Positions 1-10,700 are shown, counted from the first letter of the stretch. The stretch is DNA of 55,315 nucleotides from Bacteroidia bacterium (GCA_965659745.1 CBFHXF010000008.1:1-55315), one strand, 5' to 3'. Notes: generated by a model from the letters alone, not told the origin. Translations and numbers: made by a program.

Positions 1-1
1 G

Positions 2-928
2 TATGGAGATTTGCGAATTCTGCAAGGGGCTTCCGGTCAGATATTGCGGGGCGATAAGATTGCATTAATTGGAGCTAACGGAAAGGGTAAGTCAACTTTA
101 TTGCGCATGGTGGTGGGTACCGAACCGTGTGAGGGAGAGGTAGAATTAGGATGGAATGTAGAGGCCTCGTTTTTTGCACAGCACCAGTTAGAGGCTTTGA
201 ATTTAAAGAACGATTTAATTAATGAAATCGGTACCGTTAGTGCCGATTATAACGATAAGGAATTAAGAACCGTTTTAGGTTGTTTTTTGTTTACCGGCGA
301 CGAAGTATTTAAAAAAGTAAAGGTATTGTCGGGGGGAGAAAAGTCGCGCTTGGCTTTGGCAAAAACCTTGATTACCCAATCTAACTTCTTACTATTAGAC
401 GAGCCCACAAACCATTTGGATATGTTCTCCGCATCGGTGTTGGCCGAGTCTTTGAATGATTATGCCGGTTCTCTGTTATTTGTATCGCACGATCGTACAT
501 TTATTAGCAGGGTTGCCAATAAAATTTGGTGGATAGAAAACGGAATTATCAGAGAGTATCCCGGAACTTATGATGAATATAACGAGTGGATGAGCACCCG
601 TGTGGTCGAGGAACCCAGCTTGAAGCCAGAAGTTAAAGCCGAGGTTGAAAAGTCTTCCCCCGAGAAGAAAGAAGTGCAGGGCAATAAAGGAATTTCCAAG
701 AATAAAATTCAGGAATGGGAGCGTCATATGGAGCGTTTGGAGGCGGAGTTGAAGGCGATGGATCAGGTGCTGGTTGATATTGAAACGCAGATGCAGGATG
801 AGCAAATCATTAGCGATTCGGATGCGCTTTTGGCGTTAGTAGAAACCCATAGGGTGAAACAAACGGAGCGTGCCGCGTTGCAATCGGAACTTGATTCGGT
901 GATGGAGTTGTGGGTAGAAGCGCAATAA
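2..928 (+). CDS. ABC-F family ATP-binding protein, 5' truncated by the window edge
   Basis: Walker A GANGKGKST, signature LSGGEKSRL, Walker B LLLDEPTNHLD, H-loop VSHDR, C-terminal coiled coil. The frame is open from base 2, so the true start lies upstream. Confidence 0.92.
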   Translation, partial: YGDLRILQGASGQILRGDKIALIGANGKGKSTLLRMVVGTEPCEGEVELGWNVEASFFAQHQLEALNLKNDLINEIGTVSADYNDKELRTVLGCFLFTGDEVFKKVKVLSGGEKSRLALAKTLITQSNFLLLDEPTNHLDMFSASVLAESLNDYAGSLLFVSHDRTFISRVANKIWWIENGIIREYPGTYDEYNEWMSTRVVEEPSLKPEVKAEVEKSSPEKKEVQGNKGISKNKIQEWERHMERLEAELKAMDQVLVDIETQMQDEQIISDSDALLALVETHRVKQTERAALQSELDSVMELWVEAQ

Positions 929-968
929 GTTGGAATAAAAACGAGAAAAAGCCGTTATATTTGGAGAT

Positions 969-2255
969 ATGAAGGGTCTGTTTTGGGCGATTTTGCTTGG
1001 TTTGTTCATTCCTAAGTTGGAAGCCACGACAGACAGTACGCTGCGATTTACGAATGCCATTTACGAGGGCGATGTGCGTTCCATAGTGCTTCGAAATGCC
1101 GGCAGTGGTTTTAATTTTCCGGTGCTTATGTTGGGCGCGCAGCAGGCCGATTTGGAATTGAGTTTTGACCAATTACAGGCGGAACGCGATTATTATCAGG
1201 TAACCTTGATACATTGCGATGCGCTGTGGCGCAAAACGCCGCTGGCGAAAACCCAGTTTTTGGATGGCATGGGCTTTCAAGAGGTCGATCAAGTGCGGTT
1301 TTCGAATGGTACCTTAACCCCTTATGTGCATTATGAAGTGCGCCTTCCGAATGTCGATATGAAACCCAAACTTTCGGGTAATTATTTATTGGTGATATAC
1401 CGCAATTACGACGAAACCGATATTATTTTTTCTCGTCGGATAATGGTTTTAGGCACGAAAGGCAATGTGCAGTTGGATATTACCCAGAGCAGTCAGGTTG
1501 AATTCCGCCAGCAGCAGCAGCAAATAAATTTCACATTTAATAAAACCACTTCGAATTATTTTATGCCGAATCCGTATCGCGATATTACCTCGGTGGTATT
1601 GCAAAATGGCGATTGGAATACGGCTATAACCAATTTGAAACCGCAGTTTATCAAGAACGAATCGTTTATTTATAACCAAATGATGGGTTCCCAATTTTGG
1701 GGGAATAATGAGTTTCGTTTTTTTGATATTAGGAGTTTACAAACAGCGGCGGCGGGGGTGAAAAAGCGCGATAATATTGGCGGACAGAAGCACGTATGGT
1801 TGATCAGCGACCGCAGTCGCGGTTTTGATGCGTATACCAACTGGAAAGATTATAACGGCAGGGTGTATTATGATAACCGGGATGTGCCGAGCAATCAGCC
1901 TGTAGAAAGCGATTATTGTTTTGTTCATTTTTCGCTGTTGTCGGAGCCTCTAGAAAAAGAGGTTTACGTTTATGGAGAGATGAGCGATTGGCGCATTTTA
2001 GAGTCGCACAAGATGTATTATAATTCTGAAAGCAAGCAATATGAGGCGGTAATACCTTTAAAACAGGGCTTTTATAATTATATGTATGGGGTGAAAGACG
2101 GCGATGCCGATGCGTATTTGAATTTTGTTCCTTTCGAGGGGTCGCATTCGGTGAGTGAAAATAATTATATGGTATTGATTTATCACCGCAATCCAGTATT
2201 GCCATACGACGAATTAATTGGATATGGGTTGAATAATTCGCAACCTAATCGTTAA
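969..2255 (+). CDS. DUF5103 / T9SS plug-like periplasmic protein
   Basis: Signal peptide; motifs LSFDQL, HCDALW, YVHY, LSGNYLL, GNNEFRFFD, LKQGFYNYMY and ENNYMVLIYHR resemble Bacteroidota DUF5103 proteins. Confidence 0.75.
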   Translation: MKGLFWAILLGLFIPKLEATTDSTLRFTNAIYEGDVRSIVLRNAGSGFNFPVLMLGAQQADLELSFDQLQAERDYYQVTLIHCDALWRKTPLAKTQFLDGMGFQEVDQVRFSNGTLTPYVHYEVRLPNVDMKPKLSGNYLLVIYRNYDETDIIFSRRIMVLGTKGNVQLDITQSSQVEFRQQQQQINFTFNKTTSNYFMPNPYRDITSVVLQNGDWNTAITNLKPQFIKNESFIYNQMMGSQFWGNNEFRFFDIRSLQTAAAGVKKRDNIGGQKHVWLISDRSRGFDAYTNWKDYNGRVYYDNRDVPSNQPVESDYCFVHFSLLSEPLEKEVYVYGEMSDWRILESHKMYYNSESKQYEAVIPLKQGFYNYMYGVKDGDADAYLNFVPFEGSHSVSENNYMVLIYHRNPVLPYDELIGYGLNNSQPNR

Positions 2256-2394
2256 GTGACCGCGATTTTTTGCTCTTTATGCAAATAATATTTTTGATTT
2301 CGGGTTAACGTAAAGGATTTTAGGAATCTAACGGTTTAAATTGCCGGTTAGATCTTTTCCGAATATTTCAAGTCAATATCCCTGCGTAATGTAC

Positions 2395-3837
2395 TTACGG
2401 TTTTAAGAGGTACAAACGCATTCCATTATAGGTACCGCCTTTGGCAAAAGCCTGCATGATTTGAGGGGTTTTCCATTTTTCGGGAAGGCTTTCATAAGTG
2501 GCTATTAATGAATCTTGTGGCCGCAGATCATGGGTAAGCAGTACTACTTTATCGTAGTTATTCCAATCGAAATGCTGCGGGTAAAAATCAATGCCATAGT
2601 CGAAGCGTTGGTGGTTTCGGCCTCTATGGGCATGATAAAAGCCAATCGATTCTCCCAGCAAAAGGGTGGTGGTATTTTGATCGGATTTTAATTTTTTTCG
2701 GAGGAAGTCGTGAACGCCTTCGGGACTTCGGGCTTGGGTCTGCAAGAGGGCAGCGGTGTGCCTGCCTGCGAAAGAGGCAAATCCGTTAAGGGCTAAAATC
2801 AGGGAGGCTATTTTTAAAAAAGGCGTTTGTACATGAATGCGTTTGGAACTGAGAACGAGTAAAATTCCGATAATCCAGAAGATAGGGAGGTAGCGGTACT
2901 GAGGGGTCATGACACCGAATAAGAGAACTATTCCTAGAAGCCAGGCACCGTATGTCCATGAGTCCGGCTTGCGCCACATTTTCTGTTTGATAAAGAGGGT
3001 AAGGACTATAATAATTATGGAATAGAATACAATAGGATTAAAGGGTTGTTCTATGTAAAACGGATAAAAGCGGTACCATAATGAGTTGATAATAGGATTA
3101 TGGGGCAAATCGGTTTGGGTGAGGGTATGGTGTTGGGCGTGGAAGCCCATTTGCTCGGTAATAACAGATATATCGAAGTGTACAGAAGCCAAAAAGGCGA
3201 TAGGGGCTACGAGGATTAACAGGGTTTGAAGGAATTTTTGTTGGGGATTAAGGCGAAGCCAATCGGTGATGAACCATATAAATAGGAAGGGCCACACATA
3301 TATATGCGCCATGGCCAGATAGCCGATGATCAGGGCTTTTATGGCCCATAATTTTCTTTTGGGGGAAATACTAAAGAGTAAAAGTGTTCCGAAGATTAGT
3401 AGGGGTTCTACCCGCATGCTTCGGGAGAGTTCAAAAACAGATTTATCTAGAAAGGCGATGGCCACCCAAACGGTTGACCATAAATCGTTCAGTGGGGTGT
3501 TTTTACGAATGAAGCGGTATGTGAGGAAAAGGCTTCCCCAGATAAGAAAGGCGAATGGCAGTCTAACCCAAAAAATTTCAATAGGAAGAAATGTGAGGTA
3601 GGCGGTTTGAAACCACTGAATGGCGGGCAAATAAGATGCGAAAAGGATGTCGCAATTGGGGTTGGGCCACAGTTTAGAGGTGTACTCTCCGTTTTGGATG
3701 TATTGAACGGCTGGGTCGAGATTGAGGACTTCGTCGGTCCATGCGACGGGGAGGGAATCTAAATTAATGAGCGAAAGCGAGGCGTAAACCAGGAAAAAAA
3801 GCAGGATGGCCGGATATGATTTCAGGGCCTTACGCAT
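2395..3837 (-). CDS. Multi-pass membrane protein, GT-C (ArnT/PMT-like) glycosyltransferase-like
   Basis: N-terminal TM helix followed by PVAWTDEV (DE motif in first loop); many hydrophobic segments; YRYL motif; soluble C-terminal region. Confidence 0.6.
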   Translation of the reverse strand: MRKALKSYPAILLFFLVYASLSLINLDSLPVAWTDEVLNLDPAVQYIQNGEYTSKLWPNPNCDILFASYLPAIQWFQTAYLTFLPIEIFWVRLPFAFLIWGSLFLTYRFIRKNTPLNDLWSTVWVAIAFLDKSVFELSRSMRVEPLLIFGTLLLFSISPKRKLWAIKALIIGYLAMAHIYVWPFLFIWFITDWLRLNPQQKFLQTLLILVAPIAFLASVHFDISVITEQMGFHAQHHTLTQTDLPHNPIINSLWYRFYPFYIEQPFNPIVFYSIIIIVLTLFIKQKMWRKPDSWTYGAWLLGIVLLFGVMTPQYRYLPIFWIIGILLVLSSKRIHVQTPFLKIASLILALNGFASFAGRHTAALLQTQARSPEGVHDFLRKKLKSDQNTTTLLLGESIGFYHAHRGRNHQRFDYGIDFYPQHFDWNNYDKVVLLTHDLRPQDSLIATYESLPEKWKTPQIMQAFAKGGTYNGMRLYLLKP

Positions 3838-3845
3838 GCGCGGGT

Positions 3846-4337
3846 TTATTGAAAATGCACTAAAATGGCGTTTTTGTCGACGGCTTGCTGAGGGGCCACT
3901 TCTACAGATTTTATGGTAGCGTCGATGGGTGATTTGATGGCATTTTCCATTTTCATGGCTTCTAAAATCAGCAAGGTATCGCCTTTTTTAATGGCATCGC
4001 CGGGTTGTACTTTGATGTCTAGAACCAAGCCGGGCATTGGGGCTTTTACCCAGTCGATTTTGGGCGTTAGGGCATCTTGAAGTCCCATAGACGCTAAGAT
4101 TTCATCGATAGGTTCGGAAATTTTAAGGGTATGTTTATTGCCGTTATGCAGCAGGGTAATTTCTTTAGTGGCTCTGTCGATGTGGAGGCAACGGAAGGTA
4201 TGCACTTTATTTGGGGTAATGATCCACAGGGTTTCGGCATCGCGTTGTACGATTTCGATGCCTTTTGTTGGATCAGAAACGTAAATATTATTGTGTTTTA
4301 CTAATTCTACCTGGTTGTTTTGAGAGCTCACTTTCAT
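3846..4337 (-). CDS. Biotin carboxyl carrier protein (acyl-CoA carboxylase subunit)
   Basis: KAPMPGLV and EAMKMEN biotinylation motif. Confidence 0.9.
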   Translation of the reverse strand: MKVSSQNNQVELVKHNNIYVSDPTKGIEIVQRDAETLWIITPNKVHTFRCLHIDRATKEITLLHNGNKHTLKISEPIDEILASMGLQDALTPKIDWVKAPMPGLVLDIKVQPGDAIKKGDTLLILEAMKMENAIKSPIDATIKSVEVAPQQAVDKNAILVHFQ

Positions 4338-4339
4338 AA

Positions 4340-5317
4340 TTAAACGGTTCTATCGATAACAAAATTAACAAGATCGCGCAGATTTTCTTTGTATGGGGAA
4401 TTGGATTTAATGGAATTGAGAACGTCGAAGGCTTCGTCGCGCAATTCGTTCATCTTTTGGTAGGCGCTTTGGATACCGCCTTTGCTTTTTATGAAGGTAA
4501 CGATTTGCGCAATTTTGATATTATCGGATTGTTTGGAGTTCATGATAGAACGCACGTGCTTCCGCTCGGAAGCGCTTGCCCCTTTTAGGGCCATTATCAG
4601 AGGAAGCGTAAGTTTTTTATCCTTTATATCGAGTCCGGCGGGTTTGCCTGATTTGTTTTCGCCAAAATCGAAGAGGTCGTCTCTAATTTGAAATGCCAGT
4701 CCGATAAGTTCACCGAATCGTTTCATTTTCTGGATTTCGGAATCGTCGGTGGTAGTGGTACGGGCTCCAATTTGGCAACAGGAGGCTATAAGAGAGGCGG
4801 TTTTTTTACGAATGATTTCGAAGTAGATTTCTTCGGTGGTTTTGAAGGTGCGTGCATTTTCTAATTGCAACAATTCGCCTTCGCTCATGTCTTCTACGGC
4901 GGCGCTTACAATTTCGAGTAGGTCGAAATCTTTATTTTTAACGCTTAGTAATAAACCTTTAGATAGGAGGAAATCGCCGACGAGTACGGCAATTTTATTT
5001 TTCCAAAGGGCGTTTATGCTAAAGAATCCGCGACGTTCATAACTTTCGTCTACTACATCGTCGTGCACGAGGGTAGCGGTATGCAGTAGTTCTACGAGTG
5101 CGGCACCGCGGTAGGTTCGTTCGGAGATTTCCCCAAAGAGGGCAGCGCTGTAGAGTACGAAAATAGGTCGGATTTGCTTGCCTTTTCTTTTGACGATATA
5201 CGTCATAATGGTGTCGAGCAAGGGCACTTGAGTTTTCATGCTTTGTCGAAATTCCTTTTCGAAGAATTTCAATTGGGCCTCAATTGGTTTTTTTATCTGC
5301 TCGATAGAAGCACTCAT
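4340..5317 (-). CDS. ispB: Polyprenyl diphosphate synthase (IspB/HepT-like)
   Basis: GKQIRP, FARM LVHDDVVD, RRG, KTASL, SARM FQIRDD. Confidence 0.88.
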   Translation of the reverse strand: MSASIEQIKKPIEAQLKFFEKEFRQSMKTQVPLLDTIMTYIVKRKGKQIRPIFVLYSAALFGEISERTYRGAALVELLHTATLVHDDVVDESYERRGFFSINALWKNKIAVLVGDFLLSKGLLLSVKNKDFDLLEIVSAAVEDMSEGELLQLENARTFKTTEEIYFEIIRKKTASLIASCCQIGARTTTTDDSEIQKMKRFGELIGLAFQIRDDLFDFGENKSGKPAGLDIKDKKLTLPLIMALKGASASERKHVRSIMNSKQSDNIKIAQIVTFIKSKGGIQSAYQKMNELRDEAFDVLNSIKSNSPYKENLRDLVNFVIDRTV

Positions 5318-5461
5318 TTTCTATTTGCGAAGGTAAGGATTTTAGGCGAACCTACTATTAGGAATGCATGTGGAATTGGCATTTGAATGCAAGAAATATG
5401 AGGCGATGCAATGGGTGGATTTGGAAGTCGGATTTTAGGTGTAGGCGTGTATATTTGTTTG

Positions 5462-6052
5462 ATGAAAAAAATAAGGCTTTGGGGTTTTGGTATGGCGCTA
5501 AGCTTGGCGTTGACACAGATGGGGTGCAGGGGCGTGTTTTTTCAATCAAATAAAATCAAGAACGAATGCATGTTAGAACTGGAAAATAATAAGGGTGTTT
5601 TTAAAAAGATACAGTCGCAGTTAGAGCGTCAACAAAACGGAACGGATAGTATTCAAAAAGCCGAGGCCGGGTTGTTTTTATCTCATTTGGAGCCCAATTT
5701 TAAGACGTATACTCCCAAATCGGAGTTAATAATAGAGTTGAAGGCTATTTTAAAGGGTTATCCCCAATTGAAAATAGAAATTTACGGGGGAAATTGGTGC
5801 TCGGATACGCACGAAGGCATTCCGGCTTTATTGAAGGTATTGGAGGAAGTGGGATTTGACGATAACAATTTGGATTACCATTGGGTAAGTCGCGATAAAA
5901 AATGGGTAGATGGTGTGTTGAGTGCCCTTACGATTGGTTCGGTGCCGTGGGTGCGTATTTTCGATGCCGGTGTTTTGAAGGGTGAAATTGTAGAGTTTCC
6001 CAAAAGAAGTTGGGAGTATGACATGGCGGAGATTTTAAGAATAAGGCCTTAA
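5462..6052 (+). CDS. Thioredoxin-fold (WCxD) protein, probable lipoprotein
   Basis: GNWCSD motif and VPW cis-Pro loop. ATG 5462 (MKKIRLW...QMGC) gives a lipoprotein-like signal and lies 4 nt after TATATTTG, so it is preferred to 5411. Confidence 0.7.
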   Translation: MKKIRLWGFGMALSLALTQMGCRGVFFQSNKIKNECMLELENNKGVFKKIQSQLERQQNGTDSIQKAEAGLFLSHLEPNFKTYTPKSELIIELKAILKGYPQLKIEIYGGNWCSDTHEGIPALLKVLEEVGFDDNNLDYHWVSRDKKWVDGVLSALTIGSVPWVRIFDAGVLKGEIVEFPKRSWEYDMAEILRIRP

Positions 6053-6144
6053 CATTTCAGGTATTTATAGTTGAAATGGGCTGTAAACAAATTTACGCTG
6101 CCCTTCTGTTTTTTATGTCTACGTGGTTAATACGATGCACGGAC

Positions 6145-6738
6145 TTATCTAAATACGAGGGGCACTTCGTGATTGTTAATGAGGTCGGCTTCCCAAAGTC
6201 CTTTTAAGTAATTGATGGTAGCCTCGATATTTTTGCGAAAACTGCGATATTTTAAATAAATAATAATTGCAATTATCGCCATAAACGCTTGCATGGTGAG
6301 GGCCAAAGGCGTTTGTAAGTTGTAGAGGGTTTCGGAGCTATTGTAGCCGTATAACTGGTAATATTCTTCCGGGTAACGGAATCCGTGGGGGGCTTGTAGG
6401 ATGTAGAATAATAGGAATCCTAGGAGGGTAAAAAGGGTAACGAGCAATAGGAAATACACGCGTTGGTGTTTCCATGCACCGAGACGCAGTTTGATATACA
6501 TATCGTTATCGGCCCCCAGAAAACGTCCGCGTACGAAGTTCACGCTGTTTTGTTTTTTAGAGATATGTTCGAGGCTGAAATCGATTTGGGAAACTTCCCC
6601 ATAAAAGACGGAGGTGTTTTGGGTCGTTTTTTTGTAGTTGGCATCGCTGAGAAAGGTAACTTCTGTTAGTTTTTCGGCGAGTTGGGAGCGGGTAAGATTG
6701 GATTTGAGGTAGCTATTTTGGAAAGGGTATGCGAACAT
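6145..6738 (-). CDS. Hypothetical membrane protein with two TM segments
   Basis: 197-aa ORF starting 11 nt after the GGGPS stop on the same strand; two hydrophobic stretches. Confidence 0.65.
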   Translation of the reverse strand: MFAYPFQNSYLKSNLTRSQLAEKLTEVTFLSDANYKKTTQNTSVFYGEVSQIDFSLEHISKKQNSVNFVRGRFLGADNDMYIKLRLGAWKHQRVYFLLLVTLFTLLGFLLFYILQAPHGFRYPEEYYQLYGYNSSETLYNLQTPLALTMQAFMAIIAIIIYLKYRSFRKNIEATINYLKGLWEADLINNHEVPLVFR

Positions 6739-6749
6739 GTATGGGCGAT

Positions 6750-7499
6750 TTATAGGGTTATATTCACTTGGTAAAACTGTCGCACTTGAATAAGTTCTTC
6801 TATGAGTTTAGGGTCTTCGAAGATGGCGTTTCCGACTACGGCAATATCGGCACCTGCTTCCCATGTTTGAATGATATTTTCGGGTGTTTTGATGCCACCA
6901 CCTACGAAAAGGATGGTATCGGTATTGTTTTTTACGGCGCTGACGATTTGGGGCGGTACTGGATTTTGGGCACCGCTACCGGCATCGAGGTAAAGGGCTT
7001 TCATACCAAGGAGTTCACCGGCCATGGCGGTAGCCGCGGCTATGTCGGGTTTGTCGTTGGGCATAGGAATACTTCCGCTCATGTAAAGTGCGGAGGTAAG
7101 TTTGCCCGATTCTACGAGCATATAACCGGTGGGGATGGTTTCGATGCCACTGCGTTTCACCCAAGGGGCGGCGGCGACTTGTTTGCCGATAAGGAATTCT
7201 GGATTACGGCCTGAGATGAGACTCATGAACAGGAGGGCATCGGCGTTATCAACCAATTGGATTTCATTACCGGGGAAGAGTATGACGTTCGGGGCTCCTA
7301 ATTCTTTGAGAAGGGCAACGGTATTTCTTGTATTTCCCTCAGATACTAAAGATCCACCTACTAAAAACCAGCTGACATTGTTTTGAAGGGCGGTATTTAT
7401 GATGGTGGGTGTGCGTTCCCCGAGTTCATCGGGATCGATCAAAATGGCAATTTCTTTTTGACCTTTTTTTTGTAAATTCTTTAGATGGGTGTATCGCAT
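6750..7499 (-). CDS. pcrB: Geranylgeranylglyceryl/heptaprenylglyceryl phosphate synthase (group II GGGPS)
   Basis: LIDPD, VGGS, LFPG, DALLFMSLISGRNPEFLIGKQV, LYLDAGSGA, VGGGI. Start reassigned to ATG 7499 (MRYTHL). Confidence 0.9.
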   Translation of the reverse strand: MRYTHLKNLQKKGQKEIAILIDPDELGERTPTIINTALQNNVSWFLVGGSLVSEGNTRNTVALLKELGAPNVILFPGNEIQLVDNADALLFMSLISGRNPEFLIGKQVAAAPWVKRSGIETIPTGYMLVESGKLTSALYMSGSIPMPNDKPDIAAATAMAGELLGMKALYLDAGSGAQNPVPPQIVSAVKNNTDTILFVGGGIKTPENIIQTWEAGADIAVVGNAIFEDPKLIEELIQVRQFYQVNITL

Positions 7500-7631
7500 G
7501 GGGAACAGTTGTACAAAATAAGGAAAAAAGTATGAAGAATGGCGCTTTTGGGTGTCTATTTTTTTTGAAAATACATAGTTGTGATTATCAATACTTTGCA
7601 TTTAAAGTAATGGTTTTCAGTCAATTAACAT

Positions 7632-7723
7632 GTATCCACAGCCTCAAGCCTTATGAACATTGGTTTTTTTGATTTTGTGTGGAAAACCTTGTCATTGTCT
7701 TTTGATTTGCTTAGATAATTTTG
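7632..7723 (+). promoter_or_regulatory. nrdJ promoter region: DnaA-box-like sites and -7 element
   Basis: GTATCCACA 7632-7640, TTATGAACA 7651-7659, TGTGGAAAA 7678-7686 (reverse complement TTTTCCACA); TAATTTTG 7716-7723. Confidence 0.5.
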
Positions 7724-7783
7724 TTAGCTCAAGTAAAAATCACAAGCGGAAAATAACCCCTCCTAACAAAAAAATAATACACG

Positions 7784-10700
7784 ATGACCAGAAAAACGAC
7801 TATCACAGATGCTGCCTTAACCCAAGGGTTACGTTTTGGCAGAATGAACACAAAAGCGAATGTATCGCCTTTTGACCAATTTGAGTACGACTACCGCCAG
7901 TCGATTATTAAAAAACCGGATGGCAGTGTGGTATTTGAGATGAACAATGTAGAAGTGCCTAAAGGATGGAGCCAGGTGGCTACTGATATTTTGGCGCAAA
8001 AGTATTTCCGTAAAGCAGGAGTTCCACAGGCAGATGGGTCGTTGGGTAGTGAAACTTCGGTTAAGCAAACGGTTCACCGTTTGGCGGCAACGTGGCGTTA
8101 TTGGGGAGAGAAGCATGGTTATTTCGCTAGTGCAGAGGATGCACAAACATTTTATGAGGAAATCGTGTACTCCTTATTGAATCAAGAGTCAGCTCCTAAT
8201 AGTCCTCAATGGTTTAATACCGGATTGCACCACGTGTATGGAATTTCGGGTAAGCCACAGGGTCACTATTATGTAGATCCTGAAACAGAAAAATTAATGA
8301 AGAGCACTTCGGCTTACGAACGTCCTCAGCCTCATGCGTGTTTCATTTTGTCGGTAGACGACGATTTGGTAAACGAGGGAGGTATTATGGATTTGTGGGT
8401 TCGCGAAGCGCGTATTTTCAAATACGGTTCTGGTGTGGGTACCAATTTCTCTAAAATTCGCGGTGCGGGTGAGAAATTGAGCGGCGGTGGAACTTCAAGT
8501 GGTTTGATGAGTTTCTTGCGTATTGGTGACCGTGCAGCTGGCGCTATCAAAAGCGGTGGTACCACGCGTCGTGCGGCCAAAATGGTATGTCTAGACTTAG
8601 ACCATCCTGAGGCTATGGAGTTTATCAAGTGGAAGAAAGAAGAAGAGAAAAAAGTAGCAGCCCTAATCGACGGAGGTTATCCAAGTGATTATGAGGGAGA
8701 AGCTTACAATACCGTTTCTGGACAAAATAGTAATAATTCGGTTCGTATCCCTAACTTGTTTTTCGAAAAGTTAGAAAAGGGAGCGGATTGGGAATTCAAA
8801 GCGCGTTCTACCGGCGAAACCATGAAATCTATGCCTGCACAACAGGTTTGGGATGAAATCGGAGACGCAGCTTGGGCTTGTGCCGATCCTGGAGTACAAT
8901 ACGACGACACTATTAACGAATGGCATACGTGCCCAGAAGGCGGTCGCATTAACGCGTCTAACCCTTGTTCAGAATACATGTTCTTAGATAATACGGCATG
9001 TAATTTGGCATCGTTGAATTTGCGCAAATTCTTCCACGAAGAAGATTGTACTTTTAACGTAGAAAAATTGGAGTATGCATCTCGTTTGTGGACTACCGTT
9101 TTGGAAATTAGCGTATTAATGGCGCAATTCCCTTCAAAAGAAGTGGCTCAGTTGAGCTACGATTACCGTACATTAGGTTTGGGTTATGCCAACTTAGGTT
9201 CGGTTTTGATGAGCGCAGGTATTCCTTACGATAGCAAAGAAGCTACTGCTATAGCAGGTGCAGTTACGGCTATCTTAACCGGAACGGCTTATGCAACAAG
9301 TGCGGAAATGGCAGCCACGAAAGGCGCATTCCGTATGTACGAAAAGAATAAAAAGCACATGTTGCGTGTTATCCGCAACCACCGCTATGCGGCTTATAAT
9401 ACGCCATTAGCTTTTGAAGGATTGAGCGTAGCACCGGTATGTATCGATGAGAAATTCTGTCCAGATTACCTATTGAAATCGGCTTGTTCGGCTTGGGATA
9501 AGGCGGTTCAACTGGGCGAACAATACGGTTTCCGCAATGCACAAACTACTGTAATTGCTCCAACTGGAACCATTGGTTTGTTGATGGATTGTGACACCAC
9601 AGGTATTGAGCCTGACTTTGCTTTAGTAAAATACAAGAAGCTTTCAGGTGGTGGATACTTCAAAATTGTGAACCAAACCGTTCCTTTAGCCTTGAAGAAT
9701 TTGGGGTATAAAGAGCAAGAAATTCAAGATATCGTAAATTATGCTAAAGGACATCAAACGTTTGTAGGTGCGCCCTTCATTAATCACGATAGTTTGAAAG
9801 TGAAAGGTTTCAACATGATGGATTTGAAGAAGCTTGAAGAAGCGGCTCCAATGGCATTTGAAATCGGGTTTGTATTCAATAAATACACTTTGGGTGAAGA
9901 GTGTATGGAGCGTTGCGGAATTTCTGCAGCTACTTACAACTCTCCTGATTTTGATATGTTGGCAGAGTTAGGATTCACCGATGCTCAAGTAGAAGCGGCT
10001 AACGATTTCGTAGTAGGTACTATGACCGTAGAAGGAGCTCCGCACTTAAAAGATGAGCACTTACCCGTATTCGACTGTGCAAACCGTTGTGGTAACAAAG
10101 GAGAGCGTTTATTGCATGGGTTCTCTCATATTCGTATGATGGCAGCGGCTCAGCCTTTCATTTCTGGTGCGATCAGCAAAACGATCAACCTTCCCAATGA
10201 AGCTACTGTTGACGATATTAAAAGTTGTTACGATTTAAGCTGGAGATTGGGATTGAAAGCCAATGCGCTTTACCGCGATGGTTGTAAGTTGAGTCAGCCA
10301 TTGAGCAACAAATCTGAGAAGAAAGAAAAGTCCGACAGAGCAGAGGCAGCGGCTATAGCTGATGGAAATAATACCATTCGTATTGCTGAAGAATTGACAC
10401 CTGAAGTAGTTCTAGAAGCGGCCAAGCATATCTTGAATCAGAGCACCGATACCAAGTTCAAACGTCAACTTTCTAACATTGTTGAGAAGAAGCGTTTACC
10501 TAACCGTCGCAATGGATTTACCCAAAAGGGCCGCGTGGGAGGACAGACTATATTTGTAAGAACAGGAGAATACGATGATGGTACCTTAGGTGAAATCTTC
10601 ATTGATATGCACAAAGAAGGCGCTAGCTTCCGTTCGTTAATGAACTGTTTCTCTATTGCGGTTTCTGTGGGCTTGCAATATGGAGTTCCTTTGGAAGAGT

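Noticed and set aside
1509-1523. CAG repeat (poly-Q) as a phase-variable tract
   Set aside because: Only five codons and in frame; unremarkable
7600-7783. Replication origin
   Set aside because: Only three boxes, two imperfect, in a short promoter region with no typical oriC neighbours; a regulatory role is more plausible
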